A stretch of 64,000 nt of DNA from an uncultured virus (IMG/VR IMGVR_UViG_3300023109_000020) (lineage: Duplodnaviria; Heunggongvirae; Uroviricota; Caudoviricetes), in IMG/VR virus record IMGVR_UViG_3300023109_000020; one strand, given 5' to 3'. Position numbers and translations under genes: made by a program. Below the pieces are notes generated by a model. The model was not told the origin of the DNA. It made no database searches and saw nothing but the letters and a program-made list of their open reading frames with translations. The stretch's first letter is position 1, and each line of letters starts with the position of its first letter. Below are positions 31,401 to 40,500 of the stretch, one piece after another.

Positions 31401-34400
31401 TTCTAAATCTTGATGATTTTTCTCTACCCAGTAAACAACATCATCGACAATCTCGTCTTTACGATCTACAAGTCTAGCATATGCTGTTTTTCTTTCTTGT
31501 AACTGCCATTCGGTTGCAACTTCTACTTTTTCTTCAAACGTTGAGTTGTTTAACCAGTATGTAATATCGTCTACACGTTCTTGTGCAAATTCAATTGCTG
31601 CTGCATTGCCAACTGTGCCCGAAGTGTCTTGTGTTTCAGTTACTCCTGGGCTTGTAGTAACACTTGTTTCAGCAATAATTTGACCGATGATTTCACGCAG
31701 TCTTGCATATGATGCTAGTGTTGCTGCCAATTCATTATTTTGAATAGTTAGTACAAAGTTTGAGAAGTAAGCTGCGCCTGCAACGTTAGTTTGTGTGTTA
31801 CCACCGTATGTTATATCGTAACGAATAGCATCGACAATAAACTGTGCATCACGAATACAACGTTCCTGTGCATTAGCCGATAGTCCGCCCCAAATGCTGT
31901 CAAACCCGTTAGTTGGATCAACTAACCATTGCTGTAGTTCGTCTGATATAAAGTCTCTGTTAGCTAACAATTGATCTGCCGCATTTCCATAAGTGCTGCT
32001 ATCACCAGTAGTGTTTGTTGTAGTAGCATATGCTACGTCAACTAGGTCACTTGTATTGTAGCCTGTTGGTGCTAGCAACTTAATAGGAGGCACACTGTTT
32101 AGACCGTTTTGGATAACTGTTGTCATATCCTTAACTAAATTGTATGCTTCTTGTGCTGCATTATCTTGACCAATTGTAGTGTCTACACCAATTGTTAGTT
32201 CAGTTAGTGCTTCATTAACATAATCAATAGTGTCAACTGACGGACTTAACTGATCTGCTAATACTACGTTAGTCGAAGTAATACCTCTTTGATAAGATTT
32301 GCCTGCTGTAGTGCTACGGAAGTTACTGTTAAAAATTACATCGTATATAACTGCATCAATCATGTAACCTACATCTCGAGAACATTTTGTTTCATCATAT
32401 ACAAGTGTCGGATACATTTTGTTAATGTAATCAATAGAGCCAGCTTGGATTAGTGATTTACGTTCATCAACAACTGATTTAAGCTCTTGTAGTCCTGCAT
32501 CAACCCATGTAATGTTTGGATCAATTGCAGCTGGTAAAATTCCAGTATCAACAGTATTTTTAACTTCTGTGAATCGATCAAGTGCAAATGCTGCTGCTCC
32601 TGCTGATCCTGCTGTTCCGCTTGTAACTTGTGCAGTAACATTTCCTGCGCTCGGTGTAATACTTACACCAGTAGTTATATCATCGATAATTGCTGCAAGT
32701 CTTTCTTTAAGTGCAATCGAAGCTGCTTTTTGATTTGCTGGACGTACAAATACTCCGTCAACATAGTAAGACCTTGCTCTTACTGTTGTTTCTAAGTTTC
32801 CGCGATATGTTAGATCATAACGTAGTGCTTCAACTAATTCGTCAATGTCGTCAATCCAGGAATTCTGTTCATCTACAGTTAACCCAGTCCACAGTGCATT
32901 GTAATTAGTGTTTAAGTATGCAGATGCTTCGTCTAAAATAAACTGCTGGTTTGCAACAACAAGTCTTCTTGCATTAAAGAATCCTGTGTCGTATCCTGTA
33001 GGATCGGTAATTGTGTAAGATACTGGAACATTATTATTAACTACAATATCTTTGAGTGTTGTAGTACTTGCAACAATCTTATCAGTACGACTAGTAATAT
33101 CTCTAATCTCTCTTCTCAAGTGATCAACAGCACCTAGTGTGGCTTCTAGTTGTTCTTCAATTACAATTTCTGCAGAGCTAATAGCTCTACGATAAGCCAT
33201 TCCTGATTTTGTACCATTAAACTTAGAATTAAATAGGATATCGTATTCTAAACCGTCTATAATATAACCAGTATCACGAGAACATTTAGTATGATCGTAT
33301 ACAAATCCACTATATGTATTTGTAATATATTGTATTACTTCAGGAACAACAGTAGTATCATCTATTATTGCATTTGTATCTGCTTGAATTGGAGCTGTTG
33401 CCCAAGTAATATCTGGGTAAGTTGCTGCTGGTAATGCAATTATATCATCTGCTGAAATAGCATTTGAAATAATTTGTACTAGTGTTGCAACTTCTGCTTC
33501 TTCAGTTGCTCCTGTCATATAAGTTGCTGCAATTGTTGTAATTTCGTCAATTGCTTCGTTAGTAACTTCTATTTGACTACTCGGCAATATACCAATATAG
33601 TTTGTAAGGAATGCACTTGTTACTTCACGTGTTGCACTATTACCGCCATATTGTACGTCATATGATATAGCGTCAATCATGTATCCCATTTCTAACTCTA
33701 ATAAAGTTTGGTCGTATGTGAAGTTAGGATAATTTGTGCCTATCCAAGAAATTACATCTGCAATAATAGCTGTTCTATTTGTTTGTAAGTCCGAACGTGC
33801 AGTAGTTTTTGCCGCAACACCTGGGTCACTCCATGTTATAGCATTAGGAGTATTATTTTCAATAATATCAAGTAATTCGTCCCAATATGCATCACTTCTA
33901 GTAATTGCAGTTGTGTCACTAATTAAAGCTGCAACTAATGATTTTTGCTCAGTAATTGCTCCTAGTGTTTCAGTTAGTTGATCTTCTAGTACCTTTTCTC
34001 CAGCACTTCTTCGATAAGCTACACCGTTACGAATAGAATTATAATTTGTTCCTAATGCAACATCGTATGCTGAGCCGTCTTGTAAGATAGTAGAATCTCT
34101 ACGACATTTTGCACTATCATAAGTAAATTTACCATAATTACTATTAATAAAATCAATTACCGAGGTTCTTAATGTATCCTTTTCGCTAGTAAAATCAGTA
34201 ACAATAGATGATATTGAATTAGATACCCAAGTTGTATCAGGAGCAACTGCTGTCGGTAGTGTCCCGTCAGTATCTATTGTGTCGAAAATTTCTTGGAGGC
34301 GTGTATCTGCAAATGTTTCTGCTGCCGCACTACCTGCATCGCCATCAGTATCTTGTACTTCGGTATTTGCAGGTGTTGGTGTAATTGCTGCTTCAATAAT

Positions 34401-37400
34401 TACATCACCAACAATTGATTTTAAATGTGTATATGTTGCAAGAGTTTCTTCTTTCTTACCTGTGCCATATACAGGATTGCCGTTTACAAAGTAACTTCTT
34501 GCAGCTACAGTTGTTTGGAAGTTGCCGCCGTATGTTAAATCATAACGTAGTGCATTTAGAATGAAGCGTGTATCTCTTTCGCAGTTTGCAGTATCAAATG
34601 TAAAGTCTGCTGCAAAGGGTGCAATTACGCCGTCTACTTGTGCTTGTATCCAAGCAGTTTGCTCTGCTACAATAAAGTCTATGTTAGCTTCAATTTGTGC
34701 AATTGCATTTGCAAATCCTGAATCACTTGCATTATTTGTTCCACCAGTCGGAGTTGGTCCAACTTCTGGTACTAGAGCAACCTCGCCAACACCTTTTTCT
34801 AATACATTAAGAGTTTTAACAATTGACATATCTAAACGCTGTGTAGATTCAGTTGCGCCACCATAGCCATTTAAGTATCTCTGAGGAGTAGTATTACCAG
34901 TAGTTGCGTCAATTGTAATATTCTGAATCACTTGCTCAGATACTTCTTTGATTCTGTTTAGTGCGCTAGTAGTTTTGTCTTTGTCTTTAGCTAGCAACGG
35001 AATTGCAGGCTGTGGTTGTATAACAGAAGTACGCAATTCGTCACCGACAATAGCAGTATATTCTGGAATAATAATTGGAAGAATTTCGTTATATGTACCA
35101 GTTTTAATGAATACTGTTGTGTTAGGTAATTGCGGCAACGGAATTGCTGTGTTTGATTCTGCTTCTAAGCCAATTGTAACAATATCAATTAGGTCGTCTG
35201 CTTTTACCTTTGCATTATTTTCAGATACTAAACTCAAGTCAATAAACTGTGATGCACGTTCTTCAATTAGAATTCCCATTAGAGATTGATAACTAACTGG
35301 TTTTTCGTTGTTTAGTACTTCTGCAACAAGAGCTTTAAGCTGTTCGTATGCTTCGATTGTTTGTGTGCGCTGGTATCCGAATACGTCAGTAATATATTCG
35401 TTTCCTGCTTCTGTATAATATGATCTAGCTGCTTCGGTAGTTCTTAATGTGCCGCCGCGGCCAATATCATAAATCATTGCATCAACAATATAGCCTGTGT
35501 CTCTTTCACATTTTGCTGCATTGTAAGAAAGTTTACCTTTCATAACACCAGTTGCGTCAGTTGGAATAAACGAAATGCCGCCCTGTGTTTCTGCGATTCT
35601 AAATGTAGTCGAGCTTATAACACTGTCAACATAATAAGTTTGTCCTTCAACAACTCCGCCAAATACGTTAACACCGTCGAACTCAATTGGCATTCCGTCT
35701 CTTAAGTTGCTAGTGTCGAAAGTTGTAAACACACGTGACCCAGCTGTTGTCTCAGTAACAGTTACACCGTATGTATAATCTAACCAAGAAGTAATTTCTT
35801 TCTTAAAGAACTGCTTGTTGTTCTTTAAAATTTGTTTTGCTTGTGGATTCAAGTAACCATCACGTACTTGCTCTAGTGCATAGCGTACACTTCTCCAAGG
35901 TTTATCAATAGATAGACCTGAACGCGGAGCAGGTTCGTCTGTACCTAGTGGTCCTACATATACAACGTTGTCAACTAGACCGTAGTTAGCCCAGTCTGGC
36001 TTGCCGTCTGTAGCACGCAAAATCTGACCGTCAACTCCGATCGGAAGTCTTGTTGGACCTTGGTTACCATAGTAAACCATGTCGCCTTCGGTAGTAAGAG
36101 AAAGTGCTTCACTACCAAGTGTTAATAAGTTCCAGTAATCTGCTTCTAGATCGTTGTCTGGACGATTTGATGTTTGTGCTACGTGAGTAGCTGTACAAAT
36201 AAATGAACTTGCACCGTAGATAACAACGTCACCGACAACATATTCTGTAGTTGCTGTCCAAGTTGAAGAATAACCAGTGTGTGTTACCGAATCAACTGCG
36301 CCAGCTGTAACACCTGTTATTGTTACAACAATATCGTTAGCAGGAGTTGTGCCGCCAGTATTGTCACCTGTGATTAAAATAGTATCGTCTTGAGCATATC
36401 CTGTACCAGCAAATCCTGTAGATACGCTTACAGTGTAAACAGTTTTAGATTTAACAACGTCAAAACGGGCACCGCTTCCTGAACTTACATCATTAGTACC
36501 TTGTACTTGTAAGAAAGTTTCTGTACTATTAGTCCAGTTAATACCCGAGTTTAATTTACTCCAGTAAGTATCGTTTGGCGGATTTTGATCAGTACTATCA
36601 GCAACAGCAACATAAGTTGTGCCACCTACACGTACAACATCACCTACTTTATATGAATCTATCGAACTCCAATCGCCTTGGAATGCAAAACCAGTTGTAA
36701 ATACTTCCCAATCTGCAGGACTTGCAGTTGGTTGAGCAGCAGAGTTATTTGTTTTAGCAACATATACATATCCACCGTATGTAACTGTATCGCCAATTTG
36801 ATAAACATTAGAGTTATTCCAGCTATCCTCAAACTGGAAGCCCTCAATAAATACGTCCCAATTTGTTTCGTCTGTTAGGAAGTCATTTGATGTATGCGGA
36901 GCAGTACAAATAAACACGTTGCCGCCATACTTAACAACATCGTTAACTTTATAGCGTGTAGCAGTTACCCATTCGCCTAAGTAAACTAAACCGTCACTAA
37001 ATAGCTCCCAGTTACTTTGGTCGTTTTCTAGTCCTAATTCTTCAGTTGCAGCAGAGATGTGAGCAGTATTACAAAGGTATACAAATCCTCCGTAACGCAC
37101 TAGGTCGTTAATTTTAAATCTTGTGTCTGTAGTCCAATCACCTTTCCAATCAAAAGATGTAGCAAACGGTGTCCAGTTGCCTAAGTCTTCTTCGAGACCT
37201 AAAAAGTCTGGTGCTCCAAATGTAGCTGATGTGTGGCCAATTTCACAAATATAAACAAGTGAACCGTACTTAACAACATCGCCTGGTGCATATTCAACTT
37301 CAGGCTCCCATTCGCCTCTCCATTTAGTACCGTCTGAAACTATTTCCCATTTAGGTATTTCGTTGTCAAAATCAGTATTAAAAGTATCTGATGATGTGTG

Positions 37401-37523
37401 GTTTCTAATACAAATGTATGATTTACCACCAAAGCTAATTACGTCATCTGCAACGTATGCCCTGTCTGACGACCAGTTGCCCTGCCATACAAACCTAATT
37501 CGTCCTAGTTTAAACTCTGCCAT
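25470..37523 (-). CDS. Giant virion structural/fibre protein (4017 aa)
   Basis: N-terminal W..Y..GDVV.YGG carbohydrate-binding-like repeats, split beta-helix (GDELR...NMTF...SCYVQNVS), ~12 CxRD helical repeats, G.GYT..PTV repeats, propeller-like YG.G.FVA repeats, C-terminal SQVRLTGHDFL/STDQDGNF. Confidence 0.8.
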   Translation of the reverse strand: MAEFKLGRIRFVWQGNWSSDRAYVADDVISFGGKSYICIRNHTSSDTFNTDFDNEIPKWEIVSDGTKWRGEWEPEVEYAPGDVVKYGSLVYICEIGHTSATFGAPDFLGLEEDLGNWTPFATSFDWKGDWTTDTRFKINDLVRYGGFVYLCNTAHISAATEELGLENDQSNWELFSDGLVYLGEWVTATRYKVNDVVKYGGNVFICTAPHTSNDFLTDETNWDVFIEGFQFEDSWNNSNVYQIGDTVTYGGYVYVAKTNNSAAQPTASPADWEVFTTGFAFQGDWSSIDSYKVGDVVRVGGTTYVAVADSTDQNPPNDTYWSKLNSGINWTNSTETFLQVQGTNDVSSGSGARFDVVKSKTVYTVSVSTGFAGTGYAQDDTILITGDNTGGTTPANDIVVTITGVTAGAVDSVTHTGYSSTWTATTEYVVGDVVIYGASSFICTATHVAQTSNRPDNDLEADYWNLLTLGSEALSLTTEGDMVYYGNQGPTRLPIGVDGQILRATDGKPDWANYGLVDNVVYVGPLGTDEPAPRSGLSIDKPWRSVRYALEQVRDGYLNPQAKQILKNNKQFFKKEITSWLDYTYGVTVTETTAGSRVFTTFDTSNLRDGMPIEFDGVNVFGGVVEGQTYYVDSVISSTTFRIAETQGGISFIPTDATGVMKGKLSYNAAKCERDTGYIVDAMIYDIGRGGTLRTTEAARSYYTEAGNEYITDVFGYQRTQTIEAYEQLKALVAEVLNNEKPVSYQSLMGILIEERASQFIDLSLVSENNAKVKADDLIDIVTIGLEAESNTAIPLPQLPNTTVFIKTGTYNEILPIIIPEYTAIVGDELRTSVIQPQPAIPLLAKDKDKTTSALNRIKEVSEQVIQNITIDATTGNTTPQRYLNGYGGATESTQRLDMSIVKTLNVLEKGVGEVALVPEVGPTPTGGTNNASDSGFANAIAQIEANIDFIVAEQTAWIQAQVDGVIAPFAADFTFDTANCERDTRFILNALRYDLTYGGNFQTTVAARSYFVNGNPVYGTGKKEETLATYTHLKSIVGDVIIEAAITPTPANTEVQDTDGDAGSAAAETFADTRLQEIFDTIDTDGTLPTAVAPDTTWVSNSISSIVTDFTSEKDTLRTSVIDFINSNYGKFTYDSAKCRRDSTILQDGSAYDVALGTNYNSIRNGVAYRRSAGEKVLEDQLTETLGAITEQKSLVAALISDTTAITRSDAYWDELLDIIENNTPNAITWSDPGVAAKTTARSDLQTNRTAIIADVISWIGTNYPNFTYDQTLLELEMGYMIDAISYDVQYGGNSATREVTSAFLTNYIGILPSSQIEVTNEAIDEITTIAATYMTGATEEAEVATLVQIISNAISADDIIALPAATYPDITWATAPIQADTNAIIDDTTVVPEVIQYITNTYSGFVYDHTKCSRDTGYIIDGLEYDILFNSKFNGTKSGMAYRRAISSAEIVIEEQLEATLGAVDHLRREIRDITSRTDKIVASTTTLKDIVVNNNVPVSYTITDPTGYDTGFFNARRLVVANQQFILDEASAYLNTNYNALWTGLTVDEQNSWIDDIDELVEALRYDLTYRGNLETTVRARSYYVDGVFVRPANQKAASIALKERLAAIIDDITTGVSITPSAGNVTAQVTSGTAGSAGAAAFALDRFTEVKNTVDTGILPAAIDPNITWVDAGLQELKSVVDERKSLIQAGSIDYINKMYPTLVYDETKCSRDVGYMIDAVIYDVIFNSNFRSTTAGKSYQRGITSTNVVLADQLSPSVDTIDYVNEALTELTIGVDTTIGQDNAAQEAYNLVKDMTTVIQNGLNSVPPIKLLAPTGYNTSDLVDVAYATTTNTTGDSSTYGNAADQLLANRDFISDELQQWLVDPTNGFDSIWGGLSANAQERCIRDAQFIVDAIRYDITYGGNTQTNVAGAAYFSNFVLTIQNNELAATLASYARLREIIGQIIAETSVTTSPGVTETQDTSGTVGNAAAIEFAQERVDDITYWLNNSTFEEKVEVATEWQLQERKTAYARLVDRKDEIVDDVVYWVEKNHQDLEYNQATCKRDAGLIVDALARDVVTGSNFATIKAGMSYYRAIPSALKTLKGELNATVGAMNFLAEKARRVALTAPNEAIKQLVTDITSYIDGGALPTPKWRDTNLEDNPDICGASTIWENKAYIQEEVIEHITQEFPEIEYDEAKCRRDVGYIVDALRYDLSFGGEYATYKMFEYYYYNNSVQLGDNELEATLAAYDYVKFVAMSLAINSVSSPGALQTRVEPKLRDESQLTGDAGTFARVEELMTALYNNLSIGEYINRVTVTDVASNALTTSEVHNFTIGTELIVDSINGELDTGTYYVKTVPTSTTFTLSTFFNGPEAALSDATGLEDIINVVRTPDLSNVTANFKQQFTNIQGSKSLIQEKVTDYIVEKFPTLVYNQAKCERDVGLIIDAVGKDMLLDTNYLTTIAALSYYRGTQADVVIKEQRLATVQAYRELKNFITTYVSGEGSSVNYGGRNDNSSVKVRVNNLMNIVINIIEKGAKVTPEMQGTVTYFNDRETINAVDALKVNKDFLGSEATAWIKANFGGEVTDIVGSPGALSFSAPHNLEVNDPVVFSGTVFGGIEVGVTYYVSAVPSANDIQLTTAPGEESINTFTGGSGSMTASYAFDETACKRDMASYIDSIIYDLQYPGNYHSLRAARLYVNAVEGSQYSDMFYVRNATGARNMTFNGLLGNLSEKNQFGTRRPTGGAYVSLDPGFGPWDTEAWVTNKSCYVQNVSTFGTGCIGNKIDGSLHAGGNRSVVSNDFTQILSDGIGVWCSGNNSLTELVSVFAYYNYAGYIADFGGRIRATNGNSSYGTFGVIAEGTDLGEEPIVADVDNLSQNALVYSVSTDGEEEVLAMEYSNAGTGYTNAQYAISGNGFNAATVGDEFRDQAVVEARIIDVDDGNGTGGEDYVIAQNVAQGGDKVSITLAATDFALGDAYNGMRAQVTAGTGVGQYGNIINFNNGTKKCTVFRPSFDNLTVTATSATGNVITVADTTTLYVDMPVYFDAAIGGLDRGDSPSDVYYITNILSSTTFTVSDSVGGVNITLTNTTGQSVTMYAAGFDNIIPGKPSEDSLDLTTGYTVEPAIVYAKPGFTAASISTADAIDFGPGTFADGRFIAIEGGAGASTNYSLDGETWATGGALPASANWSDVVFGGGQGATARAVIGGLGGTGAVLEAELGELNSIGLPGPTQIARVNVIQGGTGYITPPTIVFTSTLGGGGATAVATVKDGAIQNIIITSTGAGYAQAPTVAAATDKLTEVIVQTRGRGYQSSPTVTITGGGASTQAQVIANLENEGVTAIRLDTDVDDNPLFGEGYTTTPTVTIVDDDAKWVAIADGSTTNAYLPTSGALNANWTAGNPFTASHYVGITHGTNTFVAVGSAGSVDAAQTSTDGISWTPRTMTTPASGTFSAVRYGAGRFVAINTDGFTAVSVNGILWEEGGNMPSALGDWISLAWGNGRFVAISSIGEYAISYDFGANWYSESDTLNNISATGWTRVAYGQGLFMAVCDGASSCAISSDGLTWNEGALSGTASWSTPIFGNPNSVPVWVALTSDAATTANKIKTGARAHGRCYAEDGALIATTLLEPGSGYPEGSIVSITSPNTIALDSTDNMYVGQPITFEGADLAIAALNSETLYYVSDVTGNTIEVSLISGGASYDVETIVAQDIAGSTFQAGPLVTVTDPSSTVDANVNPRIRNGVLGQPTFTNRGSGYSSATTELGGDGNADLYQPSTFIAVRNLFELPEPGSNVEFANIPEKYYKLVTISNVIGQEGSYTATFQISPGLDVLTAPKDGTVITTTNKYSQVRLTGHDFLYIGTGNKAKTNYPFVDITTAYIESQQLGSGGGRVFYTSTDQDGNFNVGGLFGVQQSTGTATLDADAFNLAGLQSLQINGLGLGIGSAIVTQFSTDPFFTENSDNIVPTQRAIRSYITAQIGGGQSSLNVNTLTAGTVFIANDEITTTSGGQLNIKAKMNFTGGVDGAPVALGYFLSR

Positions 37524-37558
37524 TTTTGTTATAACTCCGTATTGTTAATGTATTTATC

Positions 37559-40500
37559 TTATTGTTGTCCGCCGCGTGTAGGATCGACAAGTGTCTTAAA
37601 GAAATAAGATAATGCCACCCCGTCGCCGGCCCATCCGCTATTACCAAATGGTCCATCAAAGTTAGCAAGTGTAGGTATTTTAACTTGCCACCCTTCGCCA
37701 CCTTCTTGTACTGAGGATGTAATAATATCTGGTCCACCTACTTTAATAGTACCTGCTTGTAGCAAGCCTGTAAACGTATCTGCACCACCTTGGCTCAATC
37801 TACTTGCCAAGTATGTTCTAATTGCTCTCTGTGTCGGAACTAAGTTATTTGAGTTAGCAACAAACGTTCCGTCTGTAGAGAAAGCATTAATTGTTACTGG
37901 TGAGCCACCAAGTGCAACACCACCAATTGCTAGTTCTGTTAGTCCATCTAGTCCAAATTCATCTGCACTCAACGTAACAATACCAGTTGCCTGTTCAACC
38001 GCAAACAAGTCACCAACACGGAAGTTACCATCTTGGTCTGTACTTGAGTAGAACACTCGCCCGTTGTTTGTTTCTTGAATTTCATCTTGCGGTTCAAGCC
38101 CTGTAGTTTCAGGTAAGTCAGGATAGTTAGACTGTTGTTCGTTACCAAAACCAATGTTTAGGAAGTCATGATTTGTTAATCGTACTTGACTAAATTTACT
38201 ACGTATAGTAAATGGTGTATCGTGGATTGGCGAATCTGCTTGAGCAACTGATGGACTCAGTTGAATCACTGCTTCTAAATTTGGTGTTGTTGTGCCTCTT
38301 AGCGGTGTTGCAGTTGCAACACGATATACTTCAGGATTACCTTCAAATTGTAAGTTATCACCCGGTGCAGGGAAACGTGTAATATTTTTTGCAATTAATC
38401 GCAGCCCTTCTTGGAATTGATCTGAGAAGCCGCTACCACGTAACGATATGCCAGTAGACGTTGTATTATATCCAGTACCAAAGTTTATAAAGCTCGGAGC
38501 ACCTAATGTACCGTTGCCTATACGCAAATCAGTAATTGCTTCTTCTGAGTTATTAGGGTCAGTAATTGTAATTTCTGGACCAAAACTGTCGTCTGTATAC
38601 CCTGATCCTGGTTCGAACATATTAATTTCTGTCAGCGATTGGTTAGTTACACTTGCAAATGCTTGTGCTTTAGCACCTGCTGAAATTTTGTTAGCTATTT
38701 GTCCAGTTTCGTCTAGTGTCAAGAACCAACCTTGTTTAGTATCTGCAGAGAATGTAAATCCAATTCTCTGGTAGTTTGATTCTGTAATTAGAGGTTGTAC
38801 ATCCCATTGCAGTCCGTCATACGATGTGCAACAAATGCCAGCTTCGTTGTTAATTACAACAAAAACACCCTGTCCGTATTCTAGTGCAGTACCGCTAACA
38901 TTAGTAGTTGAGCTGTACCAAGTAACTCCGTCAAAGCTGTATGCTGCTGGACGATCATCTTCAGAAACTGCAACAAAGCGTCCGTTACCATACTTAACTG
39001 TTCTCCAGTTGTTGGCTGTTGAATCTTCGCTAGGGTCTATCTCAGTTTCTAGCCAAGTTTCGCCGTTATCAGTTGACACAACTGCCCCATTACTAGAGCC
39101 GTCAATTGCAACAAATATTTCTTTTCCGTATGCAATATCTCTATAGTCATTAGCAGGTGCTACTGTTACGTTTACTGTTGTCCAAGTTGAGCAATTATTA
39201 GTCGAATATGCAAATTCTTGTTCGCCGTTGGCAATAGCAATAAACACACCATTACCGTACTGTACTTTTTGATAAGTTCCTGCGCCAAGTGGCGGTAAAT
39301 CAACACTTAACCATGTTAGTCCATCTGATACTGAATATAAACAATCTTTGCCAGTTTCTGAAAGTATAAACCAGCAACCGTTACCGTATGTACCATCAAC
39401 CCAGCCGCCGTTTGCATCTGGATTTTCTAAAGTAACCGCTTCGCCATTTATAGGCAAATTAATTGATAAATCCCATGCAGTGTACTCTGTTGTCGAATAT
39501 AGCTCTTCTCCGTATCTTGGTATTGCGAGTGGTAGAAATCCGTTTGAAATAATAGTTATTGCATTGAATCCCTCAGTTGGAATACCTGTCATTTCTTCTT
39601 GATAAAATGGAGGTGCGTCAAATTCTATTCTAGGAGTAATTTGATATACAGATGTAGAGTCAAATGCTCCCACTGGCGGTGTGCCTGGGTTAATATGATC
39701 CCAACCTACTGCATTAATTTGCATAGAACCAGTTTCATTATCGAGTGCAAATTCTACAACTCCTCCGTCACTGTCCGTAATTGTTACTTCATATATTGAC
39801 CCAAGATCGATAGTTTCAAGAACATAATAGTTAGTACCTAGCTCAATTCCGCCAAACACTTCAGTAAAGAAAGAAGCTTCCATTATATCGCGCCCTGCTT
39901 CAAGATCTTCTTTTCCGCCCGGCAATGTTCCTAGCGATGTTCCTACTTCGCTAGTAACAATAACTTCGTCTATTGCTGTTCTTACAATTACTTCGCCAGT
40001 TGCTGTAGTTAACGGTACTGCTGCACCGCCTTCTGTAGCAGAGATTGTAAACGATGTAGCATCGTTGATAACCTGAATAAAGTAAACTGTGTCATTCTCA
40101 ATTTCACCAAAAGTAATACCAGTAAACATAATTGGACTACCAACAGTAAATCCAGCAGTACTATCAACTGTAATTAGGTTTGTAATTGCTTCGGTAGTAG
40201 TTGCAGTTCTTAAAATTACATCACTTGATAATGTAAACTTAGTGCCGTCAATAATGTCATTGATGTAGTATCTTCTTTTTTCTTGTATACCGCCTAATGT
40301 ACCTGACTTAAAAATAATTGCGTCAAGTGGCGTTAATACAGAAGTATCTGATATTAGTAATGAATTATTTGCCGGGTCTGTTTCTGTTACTGTTACATTT
40401 CGTATTGCCGTTGATATTGAAAACTTATTATTATCATAAACATCGTGAATATAGTATGTGTCACCTAATTCAATTCCGCCAATACTTCTACCAGTGAACT

